Assembly (NCBI GenBank): GCA_965213685.1
Contig: CBDBZY010000044.1
Location: 64,001 to 128,000 of the forward strand
DNA: 64,000 nucleotides
Source: a bacterium
GTDB lineage: Bacteria; UBA8248
Direction: 5' to 3'
Shown here one piece after another: positions 29,093 through 37,816 of the stretch (positions within the stretch are counted from its first letter, which is position 1; every line of letters begins with the position of its first letter). Made by a program: the position numbers and the translations under genes. The notes under the pieces were generated by a model that worked only from the letters and a program-made list of their open reading frames with translations, was not told the origin of the DNA and searched no databases.

Positions 29093-30376
29093 GTGGAACC
29101 GGAAGCCGCCCGCATGCCTCCTGCGCAGAACGCGGAGCTTTGGCTGGCGGACCTCCTCTGCCCGGTGGAGGGTCCGCCCATCCGGCGCGGCGCGCTCCTC
29201 ACGGCGGCGGGCCGGGTGCTGGCGGTGGGCGCGGAGGCTTTCGTGCGCCCCGCCGCACCAGTGGCCCGCGAGCGGGATTTCGGGCGGGCGGTTCTGATTC
29301 CGGGCCTGGTCAACGCGCATACGCACCTCGAGCTCTCCGGCCTCGCGGGGGAGGCGAAGCCGATGGCGGAGTGGATAGTGGCGCTCGTGCGGGAGACGAG
29401 AAGCTGGCCCGCGCACCTGTTTCTGGCCTCCGCCCGCATCGGCGTCGCCGCGAGCCTGGCCGCGGGCGTCACCTGCGTGGGCGACGTCTCGCGGTCCGGA
29501 GAAAGCGCTACGGCCATGGCGGACGCCGGAATGCGCGGAGTGGTGTTCCATGAGGCACTCGGGCTGGACCCCGCGCGCGCCGACGCGATTCTGGCGGAAA
29601 AACTCGAGGCGCGGGACGCTTTTCCGGAGTACCGGGGGCCCGTCCCCGGCGCCGTCCGGCACGGCCTCAGCCCCCATGCGCCCTATACGGCGTCGCCCGC
29701 GCTCTACCGGGCGGTGCGGGATGCGGCGAAGGCGAGGGGCTGGCCCGTGGCGACGCACCTGGCGGAGAGTCCGCACGAGGTCGAATTCTTGCAGGACGGC
29801 GGCGGCGCGTTCGCCCGGGTGCATCACGAACTCGGCGGCTCCCTGGATGGCTTTGCGCCCTCGGGCCTGCGGCCCGTCCCCCATCTGGAGTGTGCCGGCG
29901 CACTCGACGGCCTCCGCCTGGCGGTGCACGGGAACCAGACGAACGCGGAAGACTGGAGAACCCTCATCCGAAACGGGGTGCGCCTTTGTCTTTGCCCGCG
30001 CTCCGCGCGTTTTTTCTCGCATCCTTTCGCCGACGCGCGGGGGATGCGCGAGGCGGGCCTGGCTCTGTGCCTGGGGACGGACAGCCGGGCGAGCAGCCCG
30101 ACCCTGTCGATTCTGGAGGAGGCCCGCGCGCTTCGCGAGGCCGACCCGGAGGTCACGGACACAGAACTCCTCGCAATGTGCACCCGGGCGGGCGCCGAGG
30201 CACTCGGCTTCGGGGAGGCGGGCGCGCTCCGGGCGGGAGGCGCTGCGGATTTTTGCGTGGTGCATCCGCCGCCGGGCGCCGGCGACCCGCACCTAGGCGA
30301 CGTGTTCGACCGGGGCGCGTTCGTCGTCTGCACCGTCACGAACGGGGAGGTTCGCTACGAGGCGCCGAGTGGCTGA
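29093..30376 (+). CDS. Amidohydrolase, probable aminodeoxyfutalosine deaminase
   Basis: PGLVNAHTHLELS, SPHAPY, THLAES, CPRS, LGTDS; directly after mqnC. Confidence 0.75.
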   Translation: MEPEAARMPPAQNAELWLADLLCPVEGPPIRRGALLTAAGRVLAVGAEAFVRPAAPVARERDFGRAVLIPGLVNAHTHLELSGLAGEAKPMAEWIVALVRETRSWPAHLFLASARIGVAASLAAGVTCVGDVSRSGESATAMADAGMRGVVFHEALGLDPARADAILAEKLEARDAFPEYRGPVPGAVRHGLSPHAPYTASPALYRAVRDAAKARGWPVATHLAESPHEVEFLQDGGGAFARVHHELGGSLDGFAPSGLRPVPHLECAGALDGLRLAVHGNQTNAEDWRTLIRNGVRLCLCPRSARFFSHPFADARGMREAGLALCLGTDSRASSPTLSILEEARALREADPEVTDTELLAMCTRAGAEALGFGEAGALRAGGAADFCVVHPPPGAGDPHLGDVFDRGAFVVCTVTNGEVRYEAPSG

Positions 30377-30510
30377 GGCGGTTTTCAATTCGCCCGATTC
30401 GGATTTAGAATGCCCTCAGGCATCAGGAACGCCAACCGGAATCGAACGTCGCGTCCGGCGCGCTTTTCACACGGGAGGCGGGAAGCCTCCAGGGGGGAGA
30501 ACGAAAATTC

Positions 30511-31116
30511 ATGGCGAGAAAATTGACGAACTTCGACAATTCCGACTGGAAAACCCGCGAGCCGCGCTATGACGTGGCCGAGGCCGGCGTCGGCCGCATC
30601 CTCGCCATCCGCATGGCACCGGGAGACGACCTGTTCGGCACGACGCTCAAAATCTGCCAGGAGAAGGGCGTGCGGGCCGGCGTCATCCTGAGCGTGGCGG
30701 CGAGTCTGCAAAAGGCGGTGCTCCGAAACGTCTGGCAGTTTCCCGATCCGTTTCCCATCAACGACGACTGCCGCATCTTCACGCCGATCAACGGCCCGCT
30801 CGAGCTGCTGCAGATGAGCGGCAACATCACCCAGACCGAGGCGGGAGAGCCGTACCTCCACGCGCACGTCACCATCTCCATGGGCCGGCCCGAGGCGACC
30901 TGCTTCGGCGGACACCTCGTGGAGGGATGCACCATCTTCAGCACGTGCGAGATGGTGCTGGCCGAGCTGTCGGACATCTCCTTCATGCGCGTGATGGACA
31001 AGCACACCCGCGTGGGCGAGGTGTACGGCATCGAGACGGACGGAAAATCGAGCGCGGAAGTGCAGGGGGAGATTGCGCGGCGCAAGGCGCGTCCCAAGCC
31101 CGAGGGAGTGCGCTAG
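30511..31116 (+). CDS. PPC/DUF296 domain protein
   Basis: PGDDL, ELLQMSGNI, LHAHVTI, GGHL. Confidence 0.85.
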   Translation: MARKLTNFDNSDWKTREPRYDVAEAGVGRILAIRMAPGDDLFGTTLKICQEKGVRAGVILSVAASLQKAVLRNVWQFPDPFPINDDCRIFTPINGPLELLQMSGNITQTEAGEPYLHAHVTISMGRPEATCFGGHLVEGCTIFSTCEMVLAELSDISFMRVMDKHTRVGEVYGIETDGKSSAEVQGEIARRKARPKPEGVR

Positions 31117-31664
31117 AGCCAGCGGCGCACGCCCTCGCGATAGGCGCGGTAGTCCGCGCCGAATTTCCCCTCCAGGTACTCCTCCTCGCGCGTGATGATC
31201 GCGACCTGGAGCGTGGCGAACAGCGGTGCGCCCAGAAATACTATCCAGAGGTTGTTGAAGAAAATCCCCAGCCCCAGATACAGGGACATCCATCCCAGAT
31301 AGATGGGGTTGCGGGAGAGGCGGTAGGGGCCGTCCGCGATGAGGGCGCGCGCCGGCTTGTCCGTCTCGTGCCGCGTCCCGGCCTTTCGGAAGCGCCCGAT
31401 GGCGGATGCGTGGAGGATCGCCCCGGCGAGCACCAGCCCCGCCCCGAGGGTGAAGCGGACGCTCTCCGAGAAGGCGTCGGTGGGAAACAGGGTGTCGAAC
31501 CCCACGCCCATGAGGAAATACATCGTGAAATGCCAGCCCGGCTTGATGGGGATGTCGGGACGATCCTCCGGCGTCTCCCCCTGCGGCTCCGGGCGTCCCC
31601 TCCGCCAGGGCATGAGCCGGTTCGGGTCGTCGAAATCCAGGAATTTCCGGAACCGGCCCGTCAT
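31113..31664 (-). CDS. Isoprenylcysteine carboxylmethyltransferase family membrane protein
   Basis: LIADGPYRLSRNPIYLG, REEEYL..KFG..Y..Y...VRRWL. Confidence 0.88.
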   Translation of the reverse strand: MTGRFRKFLDFDDPNRLMPWRRGRPEPQGETPEDRPDIPIKPGWHFTMYFLMGVGFDTLFPTDAFSESVRFTLGAGLVLAGAILHASAIGRFRKAGTRHETDKPARALIADGPYRLSRNPIYLGWMSLYLGLGIFFNNLWIVFLGAPLFATLQVAIITREEEYLEGKFGADYRAYREGVRRWL

Positions 31665-31668
31665 GCGG

Positions 31669-31947
31669 TCACCCCCCGGAGGCGTCGTCTTTTCGGGACG
31701 CCTTGTAACGCTGGTTCATGCTCTGGGCGATTCCGGCCATGACGGCCGACGTGAGGTCGAAAGCGGCGTCCAGCACATCCTCCGGGATGCCCGCTCGCCC
31801 GGCGTCCGCCAGGCGGCGGTCCACTCACGGCTGGCAGTTGCGCACGATGGCGACGGCCAGGCCCATGAGCTTTTTCTCGCGGTCGGTGAGCAGGTCCGCG
31901 CGATGCGCGTCCCGGTAGAACCGGCGAAAATCGGCGCGCTCCGTCAT
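31669..31947 (-). CDS. AhpD/carboxymuconolactone decarboxylase-like selenoprotein (CxxU)
   Basis: LTDREKKLMGLAVAIVRNCQP-UGA(31825-31827)-VDRRLADAGRAGIPEDVLDAAF; AhpD-like sequence continues past the UGA; SECIS-like hairpin follows. Confidence 0.8.
31791..31824 (-). promoter_or_regulatory. Candidate SECIS element
   Basis: CGCCUGGC-GGAC-GCCGGGCG stem-loop with loop starting 18 nt after the UGA, plus CCGC/GCGG lower stem. Confidence 0.7.
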
Positions 31948-32073
31948 TTTTTCTCCCCTGGAGGTGGCGGGCGGCGGAATCGGTGGATTATAAGGGCAGA
32001 GGCGCGCGTTTCTCAATCGCCGTTTGCGTCAGCGGCCGCGCCGCTCCGATCATCGCGATAGCAGGGAGGAGCC

Positions 32074-32859
32074 ATGGATTTGGGATTGAGGGGGAAGGCC
32101 GCCATCGTCACCGGCGGGAGTGCGGGCCTGGGGCTGGCGGTTGCCCGGGAACTCGCGCGCGAGGGCTGCGACGTCTGCATCTGCGCGCGGAACGCGGAGC
32201 GGCTGGCGGTCGCCAAGCGCGAGATTCAGGCGGCCTCCGAGGGCGTGGTGCTCGCCGTGTGCTGCGACGTGGGCGTCCCCGGGGACGTCGCCCGCGTCGT
32301 GGAGGAGACGCTCGCCCTTTTCGGCACCGTGCACGTCCTGGTGAGCAACGCCGGCGTGAGCACGACCAGGGATTTCCTGGACGTCGAGCGCGCCGACTGG
32401 GAACGCTCCATGGCCAGCATCCTGTACGCCGCCTCGGAGTTCAGCCGCCTGGTCATTCCCCACATGCGCAGACAGGGGTGGGGCCGCATCATCATGACGG
32501 GCTCCACGAGCAGCCGCCAGCCCCGGCGCCGCCGCGCGGTGTCGAACGCCTCGAAGGCGGCGCTGCTGAACTTTGCGAAATCCCTGGCGGGCGAGTTCGT
32601 GCGGGACGGCATTCTGGTCAACGTCGTGAACCCGGGGCGCTTCGCCACCCACTGGCCCGAGCGCATCGCCGCGATGGCGAGGCGGAGCGGCCGCTCCGAG
32701 GAGGAGGTGCACGCGGAGGTTGTGAAGGACATCGCCATGGGTCGCCTAGGCGAGGCGGAGGAGTTCGCGGCGGCGGTGGCGTTTCTCGCCAGTGCGCGCG
32801 CGAGCTACATCACCGGCGCGGCACTGCAGGTGGACGGGGGGGAGTGGGGTTCGATTTGA
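32074..32859 (+). CDS. Short-chain dehydrogenase/reductase
   Basis: MDLGLRGK, TGGSAGLG, SNAG, SNASKAA. Confidence 0.92.
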   Translation: MDLGLRGKAAIVTGGSAGLGLAVARELAREGCDVCICARNAERLAVAKREIQAASEGVVLAVCCDVGVPGDVARVVEETLALFGTVHVLVSNAGVSTTRDFLDVERADWERSMASILYAASEFSRLVIPHMRRQGWGRIIMTGSTSSRQPRRRRAVSNASKAALLNFAKSLAGEFVRDGILVNVVNPGRFATHWPERIAAMARRSGRSEEEVHAEVVKDIAMGRLGEAEEFAAAVAFLASARASYITGAALQVDGGEWGSI

Positions 32860-32895
32860 GTATCCGCCAGCGGGTTTGGGCCGCCGCCCCGCGCT

Positions 32896-33261
32896 TCATG
32901 CGGCGAGATGAAAGCCCGCCCAGACGGCGAGCAGACACCCCGCGACAGAGAGGGCGACGTAGAGTGCGGCCAGACGCCAGGAACCCTCCTGGAGCAGCTG
33001 GAGGGTTTCGAGGCTGAATGCGGAGAAGGTGGTGAACCCGCCCAAGAGGCCGACGATGAGGAACAGGCGGCCCCCCGCGCCGAGGAATTCTCCGGAGAGA
33101 AACAGGCGGGAGGCCCACCCGATGGCGAAAGAGCCTATCAGGTTGACGGCCAGCGTGCCGAAAAACCAGCCCCCGCCCAGCCACCGGTGAACGCCGAGCA
33201 CGAGTCCGTAGCGCAGCGCGCTGCCGATGGCACCGCCGCCCGCCACCCAGAGCCAGTTCAA
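32896..33261 (-). CDS. crcB: Fluoride efflux channel Fluc/CrcB
   Basis: GGAIGSALRY, GTLAVNLIGSF, GLLGGFTTFSAF. Confidence 0.95.
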   Translation of the reverse strand: MNWLWVAGGGAIGSALRYGLVLGVHRWLGGGWFFGTLAVNLIGSFAIGWASRLFLSGEFLGAGGRLFLIVGLLGGFTTFSAFSLETLQLLQEGSWRLAALYVALSVAGCLLAVWAGFHLAA

Positions 33262-33338
33262 GGTCGCCCTCCCCCCTCCGTGCGGGATGACCGCGCGCCC
33301 GCGCGCGACTTGTGGGGAAAATGACACCGTTCCCGCCT

Positions 33339-33449
33339 CCGCGCAAGAGTTTTAAACCCCCTCCGCTTTTGCGGACCTTCCTCCTTTTGCCCTAACCCGG
33401 GGCCCCGCGCGCGCCGCGCAAGGGTTTTGCGCCGCCTCCGCTTTTGCGG
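33339..33449. repeat. Imperfect 36-bp direct repeat, two copies, in the crcB-bioF divergent intergenic region
   Basis: 33339-33374 vs 33414-33449, 31/36 identical, each ending CCGCTTTTGCGG. Confidence 0.75.
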
Positions 33450-33476
33450 GGCGCCGTTGTCTCCTACAATGGACGG

Positions 33477-34712
33477 ATGGACGAAACGATGGAAAACGGC
33501 GCCGTGGAAGACTGGAAAGCGCAGCTGGGCGACGCGCTGCGCGGACTCATGGACGCGAGCCTGCACCGGAGCTTGCGCACGGTCGAGGGGACGCAGGGCC
33601 CCACCGTGCGCTGTGGCGGCAGGACGCTCGTCAACCTGTCGAGCAACAACTATCTGGGGTTGGCGGATCATCCCGCGATCATAGAAGCGTCCGTGGAGGC
33701 GCTCAGGGCCTCGGGCGCGAGTGCCGCCGCCTCTCCCCTCATCTCCGGCCACATGGCACCGCACGAGAACCTGGCGCGGGAGTTGGCGAGGTTCAAGGAG
33801 AAGGCCGCCGCGATCTTGTTCGGCTCGGGGTTTCTGGCGAACCTGGGGCTGCTCGCGTCCCTGGCGGGGGAGGGGGACGCCATTTTCAGCGACGCCCTCA
33901 ACCACGCCAGCATCGTGGACGGGTGCCGCCTCTCGCGGGCGGAGGTCCGCGTCTATCCGCACAAGGACATGAACCGCCTGGAGGACGCCCTGCGGGGAGC
34001 GTCCGCCGCGCGCCGGAAGATCATCGTGACGGATGGCGTTTTCAGCATGGACGGCGACCTCGCCCCCCTGCCCGACATGTGCGTCCTCGCGCGAAGGTAC
34101 GGCGCGGCGCTGCTGGTGGACGACGCCCACGGCACGGGGGTTCTCGGCGAGGGCGGAAGGGGGAGCGGCGCGTATTTCGGGGTGCGGGAGGGCGTCTCCG
34201 TGTCCATGGGCACGCTGGGAAAGGCGCTGGCCTCCCATGGCGCGTTCGCGTGCGCGGATGCGGAGGTGGTGGATTATCTCGTCAACAGCGCCCGCTCCTA
34301 CATCTATTCCACGAGCCTGCCGCCCGCCGTCGCCGCCGCCTCTTCCGCCGCCCTTCGCCTCGCCTGCGGGCCGGAGGGGGAGCGGCGCCGGCGGAGTCTG
34401 GCGAACCTGTGCGCGCGCTTTCGCGCCGGGCTGCGCCACATCGGGATTCCGGTGGACGATCCGCCCCCCGGTGCGGAGATACCGATTTTTCCGATACGCA
34501 TCCGGGACGCGAAAAAAACGCTGGCGCTGGCGGAGCGCCTGAGGGCGGCGGGCGTGTATCTGGTGGCCATCCGCCCGCCCACGGTGCCCCCGGGCACGAG
34601 CAGGCTCCGGGCCACCCTGATGGCGACGCACACCGAAGCGCAAATTGACAGGACGCTCGACGCCCTCGAGGCGGGGCTCCGGAGGCTGGACGCGGCCCCC
34701 GGCGGGGACTAG
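33477..34712 (+). CDS. bioF: 8-amino-7-oxononanoate synthase
   Basis: SSNNYLGL, SDALNHASIVDG, DGVFSMDGD, DDAHG, TLGKA, AIRPPTVP. Confidence 0.93.
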   Translation: MDETMENGAVEDWKAQLGDALRGLMDASLHRSLRTVEGTQGPTVRCGGRTLVNLSSNNYLGLADHPAIIEASVEALRASGASAAASPLISGHMAPHENLARELARFKEKAAAILFGSGFLANLGLLASLAGEGDAIFSDALNHASIVDGCRLSRAEVRVYPHKDMNRLEDALRGASAARRKIIVTDGVFSMDGDLAPLPDMCVLARRYGAALLVDDAHGTGVLGEGGRGSGAYFGVREGVSVSMGTLGKALASHGAFACADAEVVDYLVNSARSYIYSTSLPPAVAAASSAALRLACGPEGERRRRSLANLCARFRAGLRHIGIPVDDPPPGAEIPIFPIRIRDAKKTLALAERLRAAGVYLVAIRPPTVPPGTSRLRATLMATHTEAQIDRTLDALEAGLRRLDAAPGGD

Positions 34713-34721
34713 GCGGTCGGC

Positions 34722-35724
34722 CTAGTCGATTTCCACCACCACGCCGCCCACCAGGTTGCCTCGCTCCACGGCCTCGTGCGCACGCGCGAGCGCGTCGAGC
34801 GGAAAAACCCCGGCGACGCGGTGGGAGAGTGCCCCCTCCTCCATGGCGCAGGTGATGTCCCGCGCCGCCTGCCGCAGCGCGTCCGGCGGGCAGCAATGAA
34901 TCATCACCAGGCGGATGGTGACGTTGTTGAGCATGAGCTCATAGTGGGGAAAGCGGGGCGTCCTGTCTCCCATGGATGAATACGAGGCGATCCCGCCGTT
35001 GGTTTTCAGGATTTTGTAGTGCATCCCCCAGTTCACGCCCAGGTTCACGTCGACGACGCGGTCCACGCCCTCCCCGCCGGTGATCTCCCGTATCCTTTTC
35101 ACGGGGTCCTCCGCGCGGTAGTTGATGATGTGGTCGGCCGCCCCCGCCCGCTCCGCCTTGCTGTCGGAGCTCACCGTGGCGATGACGCGGGCACCCCCCC
35201 ATTTGGCCAGCTGCACCGCATAGCTGCCCACGCGGCCGGCCCCCGCCCGTCACCAGAACCGTCTTGCCCGCGATGGGGCCGTCCGCGTGGAGGCAGCGGT
35301 GCGCCGTCATGGCGGGAATTCCGAGGCAGGCGCCCTCGGCGAACGTGGCGCTCTCGGGCAGGCGAACCAGGAGTCGGGCGGGCAGGCATACGTATTGCGC
35401 CGCGGTGCCGAACGCCCGCCTGTAGCGCGCGTTGTAGACCCATACCCTCTCGCCGACCGCGCAGCCGGCCGCCCCCGCCCCGAGCCTGTCCACGACCCCC
35501 GCGCCGTCGTTGTGGGGAATGATTCTCGGATAATCCGGAAAATGCCGAAAATAGCCCCAATCCTCCGCCCCCTGGCCGGCGCGGCGCTTGCAGTCCGTCG
35601 GGTTGACGCCCGACGCGCGAAGCCTCACGCGGGCCTCCCCCGGGGCGGGCTCGGGCGCATCCATCTCCCCGATTGCGATCACCTCGCGCGCGCTGCCCTT
35701 GTGCTCATACCATCCCGCCCGCAT
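34722..35724 (-). pseudogene. NADPH:quinone reductase, frameshifted (or sequencing indel)
   Basis: Two ORFs join as VTGGAGRVGSYAVQLAK if one base is removed from the C5 run at 35240-35244. Confidence 0.85.
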
Positions 35725-35751
35725 GGCCTGCGCCCTCCCTCCTGGAAAACG

Positions 35752-36180
35752 CTATCCGTGGGTGAACGCGATGCCCAGATAGACGACGATGGCGGCGAGG
35801 ATCAGGTTGAGCAGGAGCCACTCCTTGCGCTTCGCCTTCATCCCTTCAAAGCCTTTCGGCAGGGTGAGCGCCACGCCCACGAAAACGATGACGAGCGCCA
35901 GGATGATCTTGGCGACCAGCGATCCCGGAACCGCGAGGCCGCTCCGGACGAGGCGGGTGACGTGGTGAAGCCCCGTCAGTATCAGCACGAGGAAGGAGCC
36001 GTGGAGGATCGGCACGAATTTTTTTTGAACGCTCCCCAGAAACGACCGCCGCTCGGACTCGGGCAACCCCTCCGCCGCCGGCATGACCACGAAGCGAAGG
36101 AAGGCCACGCCGCCGACCGCCAGAATCGCGCTCAGGACGTGAAGGGTGGTGATGATGAGGTTTCCCGTGCTGTATCCCAT
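35752..36180 (-). CDS. Four-helix membrane protein (CopD/DUF2269-like)
   Basis: LHVLSAILAVGG, LILTGL, four TM segments. Confidence 0.7.
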   Translation of the reverse strand: MGYSTGNLIITTLHVLSAILAVGGVAFLRFVVMPAAEGLPESERRSFLGSVQKKFVPILHGSFLVLILTGLHHVTRLVRSGLAVPGSLVAKIILALVIVFVGVALTLPKGFEGMKAKRKEWLLLNLILAAIVVYLGIAFTHG

Positions 36181-36288
36181 AAAGCGGTCTCCCATGAATG
36201 GCCCATGAATGGCGAGGAATGTCCCCAGTCCGCGTTCTCCGCCGCGCCGGCGCAATGGAAATGCGGGTCGCGCGCGCGCGTCCGCGCG

Positions 36289-36984
36289 TCATGGCGCCTC
36301 CCCGCGGCGCATCACGCCGAGCGGTTCAGCGATGAGGAGCTCGGGCTCGCTCACCCGCTGCACGTCGTCTCTCGTCAGGCCGTCGGCCACCTCCCGCAGG
36401 CGCGGGCCCTCGGGGGTGAACTCGATGAACGCGACGTCGGTGAAGAGCTTGGTGACCACCCCGCGCGCGGTGAGGGGATAGGTGCACGCATCCAGGAGTT
36501 TCCGCTCCCCGCCCTTCGTGGTGTGGGTCATGATGGCGTAGACCTCGCGGGCGCACGCTGCGAGGTCCATCGCCCCGCCGATGCCGCCTTTGCCCAGCCC
36601 CGGCACCGTCCAGTTCGCCAGGTCGCCGCGCGCGGAAACCTGGAGGGCGCCCATGACGGCGATGTCAATGTGGCCGCCGCGTATCATGGCGAAGGCGTCG
36701 GCGTGCCCGAACACGGAGGCGCCCGGAAGCGCGGTGATGGGCTCCCTCGAGGCGTTGATGTAGTCCTTGTCCTCCTGGCCGGCCGCGGGCCTCGGCCCCG
36801 CTCCGATGATCCCGTTTTCGGCCATGAACATCACGCCGCGCTCCGCGCCCACGTAATTCGCCACCAGCGTGGGGACGCCGATGCCCAGGTTCACCACGGC
36901 CCCCCCGGGCAGCTCGGCGGCCACGCGCCGCGCCATGTCGGCCGGCTGGAGGGCGCGGTTCCTATGTTTCGGATCGGAGGCCAA
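36289..36984 (-). CDS. 3-oxoacid CoA-transferase subunit B
   Basis: VNLGIGVPT, AENG, GGHID, GDLANW, GGAMDL. Confidence 0.93.
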   Translation of the reverse strand: MASDPKHRNRALQPADMARRVAAELPGGAVVNLGIGVPTLVANYVGAERGVMFMAENGIIGAGPRPAAGQEDKDYINASREPITALPGASVFGHADAFAMIRGGHIDIAVMGALQVSARGDLANWTVPGLGKGGIGGAMDLAACAREVYAIMTHTTKGGERKLLDACTYPLTARGVVTKLFTDVAFIEFTPEGPRLREVADGLTRDDVQRVSEPELLIAEPLGVMRRGEAP

Positions 36985-37651
36985 GGTCCTCTCCCCGCAC
37001 GACGCGCTGCACGTAGATGGAGGGCGTGTGCACATGCTCGGGGGCGATGGCGCCGGGCGGCGCGATTTCCTCCACCTCGGCGATGGTGAGCGGAGCGGCC
37101 GTCGCCATGACGGGGTTGAAGTTTCCGGCAGTCCCCCGGTAGGTGAGGTTCCCCGCCGCGTCGGCCCGGTGGGCCTTGATGATGGCGAAGTCGCCGGGCA
37201 GCGGATATTCGAGCAGCGCCTCGCGGCCGCCTATCGTGCGGCTCTCCTTGCCCTCCGCCGCCTGGGTGCCGACGCCGGTGGGCGTGTAGAAGGCGGGAAT
37301 CCCGGCGCCCGCCGCCCGGATTCTCTCGGCCATGGTCCCCTGCGGAATCTGTTCGAGTTCGATCTTTCCCTCCAGGAACAGCTCCCGGAACACGAACGCG
37401 CTCTTGTGGAAGGCGTAGCTGCAAATGACCTTCCGCACCTTTCCCTGCCGGAGGAGGACGGCCAGGCCGCGCTCCCCGAATCCCGCGTGGTTGGTGACGA
37501 CGGTGAGGCCGCGGGCGGGGTGCTCCGCCATCGCGACCAGGAGGTTTTCCGGAATCCCCGCGCCGCCGAACCCGCCCAGCAGGATGGTGGCGCCGTCGGG
37601 AATGTCGGCGATGGCGGCTTTCGACGATGGGTACACCTTCTCGGAAGCCAA
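36962..37651 (-). CDS. 3-oxoacid CoA-transferase subunit A
   Basis: GGFGGAGIP, PQGTMAERIRAAGAGIPAFYTPTG, NFNPVMA. Confidence 0.94.
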   Translation of the reverse strand: MASEKVYPSSKAAIADIPDGATILLGGFGGAGIPENLLVAMAEHPARGLTVVTNHAGFGERGLAVLLRQGKVRKVICSYAFHKSAFVFRELFLEGKIELEQIPQGTMAERIRAAGAGIPAFYTPTGVGTQAAEGKESRTIGGREALLEYPLPGDFAIIKAHRADAAGNLTYRGTAGNFNPVMATAAPLTIAEVEEIAPPGAIAPEHVHTPSIYVQRVVRGEDLGLRSET

Positions 37652-37816
37652 GGGCCGCTCTCTTTTTTCTGGAGAAAATCCACGATTGCGCCCATCCGCG
37701 CGAACCTCAGCTCCATTTATGCGTCATTGCCCGGGAAAAATCCAGGTCGGCCGGGGGCTTGCCTCCAGGTGCCGGGTGGCCTAGAGTGCGGGTTTTATTT
37801 TCCGAAGGAGCGAGAG

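Noticed and set aside
33262-33340. Fluoride riboswitch upstream of crcB
   Set aside because: No recognisable GGCGAUGG...CGCC aptamer consensus in the leader
33339-33449. CRISPR-like geometry (36-bp repeats, 39-bp spacer)
   Set aside because: Only two copies with 5 mismatches, no cas genes, and overlap with a promoter; kept only as a regulatory repeat
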